A stretch of 64,000 bases of DNA, taken from the IMG/VR virus record IMGVR_UViG_3300036770_004723, positions 222,585-286,584 of that record; one strand, 5' to 3'. Numbering within the stretch: position 1 is the first letter of the stretch; each line of letters starts with the position of its first letter. Made by a program: the position numbers and the translations under genes. The notes under the pieces are model-generated. The model had not been told where the DNA came from. It saw only the letters and a list, made by a program, of their open reading frames with translations, and ran no database searches. This document shows positions 28,488 to 38,239 of this stretch, piece after piece.

Positions 28488-28500
28488 TTTAATTTACCTA

Positions 28501-28734
28501 TTAAAAGTATGAAATATGTTCAGGTGCAATAAAACCTAATACGAACACTATGATTAAAACGTACACACCGAATTTATTTAAAAAATAATCAGCTGCCTTA
28601 TAACGCTTAGCTAAGTTTGATAACACACAAATGGTTAAAACGAGTAAAGCAAAGCCGCAAACTAAATTTGGCAGTGCTTGCCATACAGCATAACCTACAG
28701 GACTTGTTACTACTACAATATTAGGATCTTGCAT
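28501..28734 (-). CDS. small two-TM membrane protein
   Basis: Two hydrophobic helices. Confidence 0.7.
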   Translation of the reverse strand: MQDPNIVVVTSPVGYAVWQALPNLVCGFALLVLTICVLSNLAKRYKAADYFLNKFGVYVLIIVFVLGFIAPEHISYF

Positions 28735-28756
28735 AATAAAACCTACCTTAAAAAGT

Positions 28757-28960
28757 TTAACCTACTAATTGCCAACGTTGATGAATAACACAACGTTCCC
28801 AGTTACCGTAAATTCCTATTTTACGTGCTGCCTGTATTACTTCTTCGTAATCAATTTCTTGATTAATACCATTAGAAATACGCTCTGCGTAAACATTGTT
28901 TTTGCACTGAACAAACTCTATACCGTTTTGCTCATAAATTACTTTACGTTGTGTCTGCAT
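28757..28960 (-). CDS. hypothetical protein
   Basis: AAGGG RBS. Confidence 0.65.
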   Translation of the reverse strand: MQTQRKVIYEQNGIEFVQCKNNVYAERISNGINQEIDYEEVIQAARKIGIYGNWERCVIHQRWQLVG

Positions 28961-28968
28961 GTCTTCCC

Positions 28969-29190
28969 TTACTTTCTTAGTTTCTTACGTGCTTGCTTTT
29001 GACATAAGCGTTTTTTACGGATAGCATTCAATTTTTTCTTTGACTTTGTTAAACGTGTCCGTTCTGCTTGGTCTGAATAATCTGAATCCTTGTCCTGACA
29101 GACATCTGAGGAATAATGGTCGGAAGACCTGCTCTTGTAATCCAGATAATCTGATTTAATATCGTCACAAGTTGAACTATTTCGCATCAT
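28969..29190 (-). CDS. small protein with acidic N-half and basic C-half
   Basis: ATGA-coupled ORF. Confidence 0.65.
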   Translation of the reverse strand: MMRNSSTCDDIKSDYLDYKSRSSDHYSSDVCQDKDSDYSDQAERTRLTKSKKKLNAIRKKRLCQKQARKKLRK

Positions 29191-29651
29191 TCACCTACAC
29201 AATTGCTGAAAAATTTTTCACTACCTTTACTTCCTGTAGTCCATGAAATTTTCGTTCCAAATTCTTTTTTAACTTCATTAATTAAAATTCTACCGTAACC
29301 CTTTCTCCTGTAGTCAGGCTTAATAAAAATTGATACATCGCAGCAAACAGGATCTGTTTTTCTATTCCTAAACTGCGAGCGAAATTTACGAACAAAAATA
29401 ATTCCAATCGGAGTCGTATCACGGAACATAATGTGAAGAGTTAAAAGTTTTGATACTCGGTTTTCCAGAATATCTTTCATGAATTTACTAAGCATCCAAC
29501 CGCGCACATAAAGATGGTACTTTAAACAAAGGGCGGCACCTTCTTTTAATGTGCTTCCTTTTTCCGCAGACCCTGTAAACTTTTTGATGGTGTAAACAGA
29601 TTCCTTAGGCCATATAATTGGCATACGTGTGTATTTTGTATCATAACCCAT
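29187..29651 (-). CDS. GNAT family acetyltransferase
   Basis: SIFIKPDYRRKGYGRILI acetyl-CoA motif A; first gene after a boxed promoter. Confidence 0.75.
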   Translation of the reverse strand: MGYDTKYTRMPIIWPKESVYTIKKFTGSAEKGSTLKEGAALCLKYHLYVRGWMLSKFMKDILENRVSKLLTLHIMFRDTTPIGIIFVRKFRSQFRNRKTDPVCCDVSIFIKPDYRRKGYGRILINEVKKEFGTKISWTTGSKGSEKFFSNCVGE

Positions 29652-29679
29652 AACACAATTCCCTTAACTAATTAAACGT

Positions 29680-29737
29680 ATTATACCAAATTTTGGTAAG
29701 CCAGTAAACACCTAATATTGACACACCTCGTTTAGTT
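29680..29737 (-). promoter_or_regulatory. boxed sigma70-like early promoter (variant box without GATC)
   Basis: AACTAAACGAGGTGTGTCAA-9-TTTACT-17-TATAAT. Confidence 0.8.
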
Positions 29738-29741
29738 GGCT

Positions 29742-30281
29742 TTAGTTAAGAGGAAAATTTATCTCTATTTGAGGTATGATCTTCAACGAATTTTTATCAA
29801 TACGGATTGTAATAGGTGTATTGTTTGATAATAAAGTAGCAATAGCATTATCCTTATAAAATTCTATCCGATCAGAACAATCAAGATCTAATGTTGCATC
29901 ATTCCAATGTGCAGCACCACATACTTTTAAATGACTAATAGAAGTTTCAGATTCTTCAATTTTTGAAGGGATTAAAAGTAAATTCTCGCCTTTCATAACA
30001 GCAATAGTTACCAAATGCAGAATCTTGTCGTAATCATTGTATTCGTGTATGAACAAAGATGTAATTGCTTTAGCTATTTTGGGTTCGATTGGATCTTTCG
30101 TGGCCTGTACAATAACTTTTTCAACTACTGTAACTTTGTTAGGTGTATCTATGTTGTTTTTATGTGCGTAAATGTTTAAAAGTGAGTCACCATATTTATC
30201 TAGCAAACTATAAATTGAGGCACCTAAAATAACACATATCAAAGCGACAGTTGAAATAATTTTAACTATTCTATTAACCAT
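29742..30281 (-). CDS. membrane-anchored/exported hypothetical protein
   Basis: N-terminal TM or signal sequence. Confidence 0.75.
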   Translation of the reverse strand: MVNRIVKIISTVALICVILGASIYSLLDKYGDSLLNIYAHKNNIDTPNKVTVVEKVIVQATKDPIEPKIAKAITSLFIHEYNDYDKILHLVTIAVMKGENLLLIPSKIEESETSISHLKVCGAAHWNDATLDLDCSDRIEFYKDNAIATLLSNNTPITIRIDKNSLKIIPQIEINFPLN

Positions 30282-30339
30282 AAGTTTCCTAAATCTTTAG
30301 CAAGTTAATAATAAGTAAGTCAAGTTTGATTTATTGACT

Positions 30340-31377
30340 TTATTTAAAATCTCTTTTAAGAACCAATAAAATATTAGGATCTAATTTAAGTCCTTGAGGC
30401 ACTAAAATATTTTTATAGCAAATCCCTACATGTAGTCTGCAATCGTTGGTTTCGATGTTAAAAATATTATCAAGCAAAAGTGCTGTGTGATCAGGTGCCA
30501 TACTCAACGCAATCTGGTTGAGTAAAATTTCGCGATCTAAATTTTTTAGGTTATGGATTTTGTACGATTTTCCAAGAACACCTGCAATACTTAACAGCAT
30601 ATAACGGAAAGCAGCAATAAAGTCCACATCCAATGTAATGCAGTGACTATTAAACAACTTCTTAAAATCGTAAACTATTAAATTTTCTTCTTTAGCATAA
30701 GAATCTAGCTTTAGATTAAAGCTGTCTTGTATACGTTCAATGTTAGCTACGCTATAAATTTGACTGTAAAATTCTTCACGTCTATACGCATAGAATGGAT
30801 TTTCGTCATCATCAGGTAAATGAGCCTCAGCAATCAAAACTTTAGTGAGTTCTTTTTGTAAGTAACTTGAAATCAAACTTCCTTTGACGCTGTTAATGTT
30901 TCGTATTAAATCAAAACACTGTCTTTCATTTACTTGATCTACTCCGATGCCGTTCTGCCTTAAATAATCCAAAGCAGATTGATCGCGGTAATCATCGACA
31001 TAAATTACATCCGTGATACTTCCAAAATTTACAATTCGTTTAGCACAGTTAGGGCAGGGACTACTCATTACAAAGATAACGAGTTTTTTATAAACACTTA
31101 AATCAAGTGCCTTAAGTTCTGTAAGATTCTTTAACTTATTTAAAGCGTTTTCTTCGGCATGAATAACTGTAGATAATGTTTCACCATTTTTTTCAAATAC
31201 GTGATCTTCCCCACTGGCAACTCCATTACATCCGTCACTTAATATTTGCCAAACTCTCCCTTTTAAATGGCCTACTATAATACTGCCCATTTTCTTTCTT
31301 GTTACTCTAGATCTTTGAGCAGCTGCATACATATCCGGTAAATACGTCAACAACTCTTTATGTTTCTTTAATATCAT
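30340..31377 (-). CDS. dCMP deaminase-like protein with long C-terminal extension
   Basis: GCNG, HAEENA and SPCPNCA Zn motifs, DDYRD; extra ~190 aa. Confidence 0.8.
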   Translation of the reverse strand: MILKKHKELLTYLPDMYAAAQRSRVTRKKMGSIIVGHLKGRVWQILSDGCNGVASGEDHVFEKNGETLSTVIHAEENALNKLKNLTELKALDLSVYKKLVIFVMSSPCPNCAKRIVNFGSITDVIYVDDYRDQSALDYLRQNGIGVDQVNERQCFDLIRNINSVKGSLISSYLQKELTKVLIAEAHLPDDDENPFYAYRREEFYSQIYSVANIERIQDSFNLKLDSYAKEENLIVYDFKKLFNSHCITLDVDFIAAFRYMLLSIAGVLGKSYKIHNLKNLDREILLNQIALSMAPDHTALLLDNIFNIETNDCRLHVGICYKNILVPQGLKLDPNILLVLKRDFK

Positions 31378-31400
31378 TGATAGTTCTCCAGTTAATATCT

Positions 31401-31751
31401 TTAGGCTATGATTTTAAAATACAAAGGCTTTGTATAGGTTAAAAACCTGAACTTGAAGTAGAGTTCAGTATTTACAGGTAAAGCCTCCGGTTTTTTGGAT
31501 CTAGCTAATTGGGAAATTTCATTTGAGATGGTTAAGGTATCTTTACCTAATAAATCTAATAATGACAACTTAGTGGCCACGTCAAAAGGACTTTTAGTTG
31601 GAGATCCTACAATTCTGTGGAACTCTTGATCTAGGTAATGGTTGTGTAGGGTTTCAACAAGTTTCCCGTGCTGATCTAAAAAACGCAATCTAGCGTCGGA
31701 GTCACCTAAAGTAGGTAGGTCAAATGATAGTTTAAAATTTAACTTTTCCAT
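31401..31751 (-). CDS. hypothetical protein
   Basis: GAGGA RBS. Confidence 0.7.
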   Translation of the reverse strand: MEKLNFKLSFDLPTLGDSDARLRFLDQHGKLVETLHNHYLDQEFHRIVGSPTKSPFDVATKLSLLDLLGKDTLTISNEISQLARSKKPEALPVNTELYFKFRFLTYTKPLYFKIIA

Positions 31752-31762
31752 TTAATATTCCT

Positions 31763-32479
31763 CTATATGAAGGATCTTGATCTATCATGCAACCACTTTT
31801 TATGTACTGCCTTACCTAGTTCAGTATTAAATTCTACATTTAAAAAGAAATCATACTGAGACTTTCTTGCCGCATCACAGTCCTGTGACGTTACAATTTT
31901 TCTTCCCGTAAATTCAAAATTAAGTCGATTTAAAATTTTATTAGAGACTTCAGAATTTGAATGCAGTGCGTAAAGTAAATCTGCTTCACGTAAACAAATT
32001 TTTTCTAGTGTATCCGGCACTTTATGTGAATAAGGATATTGAGTTACCTTGATTAATTCTTTAATTTTTTCACAGAAAGCTTTTTCTGATTTTTTAATAA
32101 AAAATTCATCCACTACAGAGCAAGCTGCTTGAATATTTTTGTCATCAGTTTCTGCCCCTAAGCTGTGCAAGGCATCGTGACAAATAGCCGCACAAATAAG
32201 TTCATAAGAACGTTTGCCTTCGAAATAGAGGTTATACAATCTATCAGCTAAGATCATTACCATGATGGAATGTTGATGATTGTGATAGTGATCAATTGAA
32301 TTTCTCAATTTACTTGTCACAACATGCTTGATAAATCTTAAGGATTTCTTATCACCAAATTTTAGACTTTGGTAAAACTTTTCGTATTCTTTATACTCAC
32401 CATTAAAATAAATTTCACACTCACGCCATTCGTTAAATAATCTAATTAGATTTCTTTCGGTTTCAGTTAACGTTAACAC
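31763..32479 (-). CDS. HD-domain phosphohydrolase/phosphodiesterase
   Basis: YHNHQH, AAICHDALH and READL motifs. Confidence 0.8.
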   Translation of the reverse strand: MLTLTETERNLIRLFNEWRECEIYFNGEYKEYEKFYQSLKFGDKKSLRFIKHVVTSKLRNSIDHYHNHQHSIMVMILADRLYNLYFEGKRSYELICAAICHDALHSLGAETDDKNIQAACSVVDEFFIKKSEKAFCEKIKELIKVTQYPYSHKVPDTLEKICLREADLLYALHSNSEVSNKILNRLNFEFTGRKIVTSQDCDAARKSQYDFFLNVEFNTELGKAVHKKWLHDRSRSFI

Positions 32480-32489
32480 AATGTTTTCC

Positions 32490-32819
32490 TTACTTAAATT
32501 TTAGAGCTAATGATCCGAAGTTCTTATAATTAAGTTCGCTAGTATCTTTCGACTTAATGGCACTAGCTAACTGTTTAATGTTTTGAACAGCTGCATCACA
32601 CGATGCAATTTTTACAAGAACATGATCACGTAATTTTGCAACTGCTTCCACAAACTCTATGTTTTCAGTTGCTCTAGCCGTGCAAGGCAAATCTGTCATA
32701 GTATTTGACAGAGCATATATAAATCTCAAATGTTTCAGTTTTTTCAATTCTATCTTTCGTACAGCAAAAAACAACTTTAAATAAGCTTGAGTTTCTTGTT
32801 TATTATGAAAATGATTCAT
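32490..32819 (-). CDS. hypothetical protein
   Basis: ORF in - strand run. Confidence 0.7.
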   Translation of the reverse strand: MNHFHNKQETQAYLKLFFAVRKIELKKLKHLRFIYALSNTMTDLPCTARATENIEFVEAVAKLRDHVLVKIASCDAAVQNIKQLASAIKSKDTSELNYKNFGSLALKFK

Positions 32820-32820
32820 A

Positions 32821-33411
32821 CTACACCTGTTGGTCTAAACATGAAATATAGCCGTGCTTTATTTCAGCACCTAAGTCAGTGAACATAGTTAAGTTACGTA
32901 TATCAATGTCAGTAAAGTATGTTTTATCTGAACCTATCCGCATATCGTATACGGCCAAAGCGTCGGCCAAACATTTCTTTTCTAAAGTATCTACGTTCTC
33001 TCTAGATAGAACACAGTTTATGCAATCGAGAATTTCCTTGATAAAAGATCTCTTAACACTATGCAGAGCAACTTTAGTATAATAATGAAACAGCCTACTA
33101 TTAATATCAGATAAATCAAAATTTTTAGTTGGCACACAAGAAGATACGATAGTAGCTGAAATTATTAGGCAAGTACTTGCTTTATAAGAAGGGGAATACT
33201 CGTCATATAGTCTATCTGCTATCATTAAAACTTCTTTCATTCGCATTTCAGTAAACGTCAGGTCGAAAACACTTTTACTCTTAAGGTACTCGACGCAATC
33301 CGTTGTATACCTATTAGATCGGCTACTTAGGTTCTGCAAAAAGATTTCGAATCGTTCTGGATTAGCTAAGGTCTTGCGCCAATTCAGATACATTTTGATT
33401 GTGTCCGTCAT
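32821..33411 (-). CDS. degenerate HD-domain paralog lacking metal ligands
   Basis: Shares ADRLY, DTLEK.CL..A and T.LG with 31763..32479 but has no HD or YHN motif. Confidence 0.65.
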   Translation of the reverse strand: MTDTIKMYLNWRKTLANPERFEIFLQNLSSRSNRYTTDCVEYLKSKSVFDLTFTEMRMKEVLMIADRLYDEYSPSYKASTCLIISATIVSSCVPTKNFDLSDINSRLFHYYTKVALHSVKRSFIKEILDCINCVLSRENVDTLEKKCLADALAVYDMRIGSDKTYFTDIDIRNLTMFTDLGAEIKHGYISCLDQQV

Positions 33412-33622
33412 TTATTTTCCTTAAGATCAGGGTAAAGCCTGTTAAAGATTTGAATAGATTCTCTTCTTTTTTCTTAAACCAGAATCTTCGCATCAAACCA
33501 TGCCTGTCAAGATCTTTGTAAATCTTTTTAATTATTTGCCGTTGTTCATCGACCACTGTACTGATCGTAGAAGATACTATTACACTGCCTTTTGGATCTT
33601 TTAGTGTGTATTCGTAAATCAT
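33362..33622 (-). CDS. hypothetical protein
   Basis: ATGA-coupled ORF. Confidence 0.6.
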   Translation of the reverse strand: MIYEYTLKDPKGSVIVSSTISTVVDEQRQIIKKIYKDLDRHGLMRRFWFKKKEENLFKSLTGFTLILRKINDGHNQNVSELAQDLS

Positions 33623-34041
33623 TTAGGATTGCCTTCAAATAGAAGTTTTCTAGCCTTTTGATCAAGGCCATCATTATCAATATGTAATAAGATACCAGGT
33701 CCAGGAATCCAACGCGAATAATGATCACAAACAGGACAGTTACAAATAGAGGAACCGTCGTCGAGATTTTTGAATTTCCAACCTTCTGTTTGCCAATCCT
33801 CTATATTGCAGTTAGGGCACCGTGTCCAACTAATTTGTTTATTTATTTCAGCATGGAGACACTTGTATAGATGTACCAACTTTTGTTCTTTTCTACTAAC
33901 AAAACTTTTTGGTGCAGGTAAGGTTTTCTTATAATTACGTAGAAACTTAAGAATATGGTAAAATTTGCTTTGACGAAATAAGCTAAAGGCAAAGATACAG
34001 ATTGTAACAGCTAACAATAGATTAAAAAAATCGTTCATCAT
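33619..34041 (-). CDS. membrane-anchored Zn-ribbon protein
   Basis: N-terminal TM; CPNC..CPVC. Confidence 0.7.
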   Translation of the reverse strand: MMNDFFNLLLAVTICIFAFSLFRQSKFYHILKFLRNYKKTLPAPKSFVSRKEQKLVHLYKCLHAEINKQISWTRCPNCNIEDWQTEGWKFKNLDDGSSICNCPVCDHYSRWIPGPGILLHIDNDGLDQKARKLLFEGNPK

Positions 34042-34601
34042 TCACCTCCAATAACAAAAGTCAGATATTCACCTTCATGTTCAACAACTTCAACAGATCT
34101 ATTAGAATATCTTTCTTTTTCTTCTTCAGTCAGCAATCTGTTAAATGTTAGAGTTTCTGGAGAATTAACACGAAGTGCTTGATTTACCATAATACCTACA
34201 AGCTCAAGATCGTGACCAAAACGCAACATTTGACTTTCATGTACGATCAAAGTTTTGACCTGTATTTCAGTATAAGGTAAATCCACCTCACCATCCAGAA
34301 CCAAATCATATCTAGCTAATTCATTGCCGTAATAAGAAATATTAAAATCCGAGTAACGTTCCAGACAGTTTTCAGGGGCTTCATGTTGCCCTTCAATGTC
34401 GTACAACTTGTTATCAAGGAACAATGAACAGTGACCGTGTATTTCTACCACGGTGCCTCCGTACATCTTTCTCAATAAATCTGCTAGTTTAAAGCAGCTT
34501 CCATTTTTATATACATGAACTGATCCATAAAAACTCTCACGTAAATCTTTAATGAAATCTAAGATTTCCATACTCACCTCAGTTAATTGGTACATCTTCA
34601 A
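34038..34601 (-). CDS. hypothetical protein, possible papain/transglutaminase-like fold
   Basis: NGSCFKLA, HGHC and LYDIEG give a Cys-His-Asp spacing. Confidence 0.5.
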   Translation of the reverse strand: MKMYQLTEVSMEILDFIKDLRESFYGSVHVYKNGSCFKLADLLRKMYGGTVVEIHGHCSLFLDNKLYDIEGQHEAPENCLERYSDFNISYYGNELARYDLVLDGEVDLPYTEIQVKTLIVHESQMLRFGHDLELVGIMVNQALRVNSPETLTFNRLLTEEEKERYSNRSVEVVEHEGEYLTFVIGGE

Positions 34602-34890
34602 AAAGAATTGTTACTTGTTTGGAAAAATAATCTACTAATTGCTTGTAGTTGTGAAACTTTTCAAGTGAAATAACTTGCAGTCGGTACATTAAATAATTCC
34701 TAAAATCAAGTAACGTACCGTTCTCTGCATAGCAATCGTTTGTGCTGCTGTTCCAAACTTCTGTATCAAAACATTTTACTGAATAATCGTGTATTGACTT
34801 TAAAGTCAATTCGAAGGGTGTTTGTTCTGTTTTAGCACAAACACTGCTATTCAATTCATCTACTATATGCTGGGCTTTCTCTAAATTCAT
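34579..34890 (-). CDS. hypothetical protein
   Basis: AAGGA RBS. Confidence 0.7.
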   Translation of the reverse strand: MNLEKAQHIVDELNSSVCAKTEQTPFELTLKSIHDYSVKCFDTEVWNSSTNDCYAENGTLLDFRNYLMYRLQVISLEKFHNYKQLVDYFSKQVTILFEDVPIN

Positions 34891-35206
34891 TTATATTCCT
34901 TAACCAAAATCTTAAAATATCCAGAGCAGACAACAATTCAACAAAATCACCAGCATAAAGATCCAAATTTTCTACTACTTCGACAATCTTTAGTTCTTGG
35001 TGTTGTTTTTGTATAGGATACAGACATGCTCTTAATCTTTCTTGCATTAAACTAATCTCTTCGGCATTTCGAAAAAAACTAGAGAGACTAGCTATCTCAG
35101 CATCTAAACATTTTAATGCCGTATTTAAATAAGAAAGTTCATCAAGTTTAGTGTACTGATCTTTTACATAGACCAAAGATAATAAAACTAGTAACAGTAT
35201 TTCCAT
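34856..35206 (-). CDS. hypothetical protein with N-terminal hydrophobic segment
   Basis: ORF in - strand run. Confidence 0.65.
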   Translation of the reverse strand: MEILLLVLLSLVYVKDQYTKLDELSYLNTALKCLDAEIASLSSFFRNAEEISLMQERLRACLYPIQKQHQELKIVEVVENLDLYAGDFVELLSALDILRFWLRNINEFRESPAYSR

Positions 35207-35210
35207 AAGA

Positions 35211-35960
35211 TCATCCTTGAGAAAAGTATTTCTTATCCATTAAATTTGATTCTACTAGCAGACGGTAAGTTTTACCTAAAGAAGGATCGTTTCTTTTTCC
35301 GCCTGAATTCCAATGCTTATTTATGTCCAGTACAAGTTCTTGATTATCTAATTTCTTGAGAAAAGAATTCAAGTCCATTAATTCTAGTTTCGGGTTCAGA
35401 CTACGATTAAGATTTTGTATCCTATAAGAGTCTGCTTCACTTAATTTAAAAGTACCTAGTCTAAGAAAATGCCATACTTGAGAATTTTTCGGAAAATTAA
35501 CGCTTTCACTTATACAGTAGTAAGCAACAGGCATTCCAACAGAAGGATCTGGATTTGCATTTGCTTTATTCAGCATACTAAGTCCATGACAGGTACAAAA
35601 ATCTTTTACATCAGATTTTGCTTTTGGTGCGTCAAAGAAAGTGTCAGGTATGGACTTAAAAGCGTTTTCAAAGTTTTTTGCGGATTCACCTGAAAAATAA
35701 ATCGACTCACCTAAAGAAACTAATTCAGTTTTATCCAGTAAGGATCTTTCTGTGGATCTAAACTTAGGATCGTCATTTAGTACAAAAACTTTTTGGCATA
35801 TAACAGTACTCAAAGGCAGTACATCTGGAATTTTTACACGTAAGCTAGATCCATCCTTTAGGTGAAAGAAAGCAGTGTTGTAGGACAGTGAAGCAAAAGG
35901 TATGATAACACTTTTGTTGAGATATGCAGGTGTGCTTCTATAAGACATGTTACGATACAT
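35211..35960 (-). CDS. hypothetical protein
   Basis: GGAG RBS. Confidence 0.75.
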   Translation of the reverse strand: MYRNMSYRSTPAYLNKSVIIPFASLSYNTAFFHLKDGSSLRVKIPDVLPLSTVICQKVFVLNDDPKFRSTERSLLDKTELVSLGESIYFSGESAKNFENAFKSIPDTFFDAPKAKSDVKDFCTCHGLSMLNKANANPDPSVGMPVAYYCISESVNFPKNSQVWHFLRLGTFKLSEADSYRIQNLNRSLNPKLELMDLNSFLKKLDNQELVLDINKHWNSGGKRNDPSLGKTYRLLVESNLMDKKYFSQG

Positions 35961-35973
35961 GATACGTACTCCG

Positions 35974-36030
35974 AAAACAAGAAAAGGCTAGGAGAAGATA
36001 CTTCTTCTTACTCTAGCCTTGATTTACAGT
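35974..36030 (-). terminator. intrinsic terminator preceded by CTGTAAAT motif
   Basis: ACTGTAAATC-AAGGCTAG..CTAGCCTT-TTCTTGTTTT. Confidence 0.65.
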
Positions 36031-36031
36031 A

Positions 36032-36211
36032 TTAAATGTCATAAGTTTCCACGATCAGATTACCAATTTTCTTAACAACTGAGTAGAAACTTTTCTTCTT
36101 TTTACCTCGACGCAAGGCTTTAGTTCGTGCATCGTTTATACTATTTACTTCGCATATTTCCACAGACTTATGGTTGTGTACTGAAATTAATACTAAGGTA
36201 TGCTGTTTCAT
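36032..36211 (-). CDS. small basic hypothetical protein (59 aa)
   Basis: Manual translation MKQHTLVLISVHNHKSVEICEVNSINDARTKALRRGKKKKSFYS..YDI*. Confidence 0.6.
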   Translation of the reverse strand: MKQHTLVLISVHNHKSVEICEVNSINDARTKALRRGKKKKSFYSVVKKIGNLIVETYDI

Positions 36212-36239
36212 AAAATTTCTCGATGCCTTTAAATAATGT

Positions 36240-36521
36240 TTAGCGTCTTTCTTTTCTTTTTCCTTTTTCCTTTGGTGGAGGCAGGCCGTTTGCTATCCGT
36301 AAAAAATTTTGAATAGCTTCATACCTTTGTTCAGTTGTACAGCGTAACATCATTACGGCTGTTTCTTTTGCCTTAAGTCCAAAATCTGAAGACCTCAGTA
36401 TATTATTTGAGATATCTATCACAGTTTTATCGAAATTCTCACCGTACTTAATGCCGATTAAATAACCAAGTGCATAGGTAAATGGTAATTCTTTTCTGTC
36501 GTCATACTTTAACATAGCCAA
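36240..36521 (-). CDS. hypothetical protein
   Basis: ORF in - strand run. Confidence 0.65.
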   Translation of the reverse strand: MAMLKYDDRKELPFTYALGYLIGIKYGENFDKTVIDISNNILRSSDFGLKAKETAVMMLRCTTEQRYEAIQNFLRIANGLPPPKEKGKRKERR

Positions 36522-37146
36522 TATCTTTGTATGAAGTGCATTGCTTTGTTTTGCGATCTATACGCACGATTGCTTTAGCTGAAAAACGCTTAAGCTTGTT
36601 CTCGAACATTACACCTAAATCAAACTTTGATTTATCACTGAACTCAAAAATATTGACAGGTAAATAAATTTGATAGTCGTATGCTGACGGACTATCAAAT
36701 TTAACTTGCAGTATCCTGTAGCAAATTTCATCTGTAGGCTGTGAAGGCAATAGATCTCCAAGATACAGCATTGATCCATCAGGTAAATCGAACATGTTTT
36801 CGACTTCTTGTACTGACAATACTTGGTATTGAATACCTGTAACAACATGTTCAAACCAACGCATTTCACTGAACGGTTGTTTCTCCACGTATTCATTTAA
36901 GGCGGGTAATTCAAAAGTTTTACAATATTTTACTGCATGTGTCTTGGACTGCAAAACATTCAATAAATTACGGATACCTGTTTCAGTTTTCAGAAAAAAC
37001 TTTAACATTTTTTCTTGATGTTTCATAGAAAGAGTCATTGCCTCTTGACTCCATTCACTTGTGCCACAACCGCAACTAGCAAATGGCTCAAAAATTTCAT
37101 GGACAATAAGTTGGTTGCATTTAGGGCAATCGCTTGGAATACTCAT
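36502..37146 (-). CDS. hypothetical protein with N-terminal Zn ribbon
   Basis: CPKC..CGC. Confidence 0.75.
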   Translation of the reverse strand: MSIPSDCPKCNQLIVHEIFEPFASCGCGTSEWSQEAMTLSMKHQEKMLKFFLKTETGIRNLLNVLQSKTHAVKYCKTFELPALNEYVEKQPFSEMRWFEHVVTGIQYQVLSVQEVENMFDLPDGSMLYLGDLLPSQPTDEICYRILQVKFDSPSAYDYQIYLPVNIFEFSDKSKFDLGVMFENKLKRFSAKAIVRIDRKTKQCTSYKDIGYVKV

Positions 37147-37526
37147 TTTATTTCCTTATAATAAATTTTCAACAAGCCATCTAAGACTTCATTGGTTACA
37201 GTATAGCTGTTACGTAAAAGCAATTCACCTAATCTAGGTGCAATAACATTTTCAAACAAAATACCTTCAACTTCTGGAAGTTTGGCCACAATTGACTCTA
37301 ACTCTTGCATAAGAGATCTAAAGTGGCCTTGACTAACCGCGTCTGGATTTTCTGAATTAGTTACGTTTGAAACAGTAACCACTAATTTTATTTCTTTATC
37401 TACACGTTGTTTACCTATTCTAAGATAAACATCTATACCTGTAGGATAGAACCATTGACTACGTGGCAACAAACTGTTTTTGTTGTCGATAATAAACTTT
37501 TCTATAGCGTTATACATTTTGTCCAT
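37143..37526 (-). CDS. putative GNAT-fold protein
   Basis: VTVSNV..QGHFRSLMQELE..ILFENV..RL...L.RNSY pattern. Confidence 0.5.
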   Translation of the reverse strand: MDKMYNAIEKFIIDNKNSLLPRSQWFYPTGIDVYLRIGKQRVDKEIKLVVTVSNVTNSENPDAVSQGHFRSLMQELESIVAKLPEVEGILFENVIAPRLGELLLRNSYTVTNEVLDGLLKIYYKEIK

Positions 37527-37533
37527 AACTACC

Positions 37534-38232
37534 TCAATTTCTGACAGTTTTTAAATCTGATTCGAATTCTTTTATAAGATCCTTATTTTTCTCAGTATCA
37601 TCTTTTAGGTAGGCAATAAACTTTTTCAACATACTTTCTTTTTTATTTTTAAGTAAGTCAGATAAATCTAAATGATCTAAAAAATTCATGAGAATGATTT
37701 TTCTGGCATCTAAATTCTTCATGTACACAAAAACTCTTACTTTTTCCGAAGAAAGATCGTTTAGGTGATCTTTATATTGAAGTAATTCAACATGTTCTGC
37801 CAATTCTGTATGTTTCTCGCAAACAGCCACAACAGAATACCACTCAACTGAGTCAAAGTTTAATATGATACCAGTACTGGGTTCCTTAAACCCAAATAAC
37901 TGCGGATACGTTTGCAGTATGTAACTTACATACCCACTTTCACTCATTTTTAATGTATCTAGTTCTATATCCGGCGATTTAGACTTGCCAGGTTTAAATT
38001 GAACGACAGTTGTTTTGATGCTTCTATTAATTAAATAGTTAGATTGTGCCTGATCTTGACTTGCCTTGATTTGCAAAATACGCTTGTGTACCTTACGCAA
38101 GGTTTTAATGTATTTGTCGTGCGCTTCTTTTGCAGACTGCACTAGATCGTCCACTTCACCAGTAGGCTTTAGTGCAACGGCATCTATAACTGCCTTTAAT
38201 TCAGGCCATGAACTAATTTTGAATTCTGACAT
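37534..38232 (-). CDS. hypothetical protein
   Basis: GAGG RBS. Confidence 0.75.
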   Translation of the reverse strand: MSEFKISSWPELKAVIDAVALKPTGEVDDLVQSAKEAHDKYIKTLRKVHKRILQIKASQDQAQSNYLINRSIKTTVVQFKPGKSKSPDIELDTLKMSESGYVSYILQTYPQLFGFKEPSTGIILNFDSVEWYSVVAVCEKHTELAEHVELLQYKDHLNDLSSEKVRVFVYMKNLDARKIILMNFLDHLDLSDLLKNKKESMLKKFIAYLKDDTEKNKDLIKEFESDLKTVRN

Positions 38233-38239
38233 AAATACC

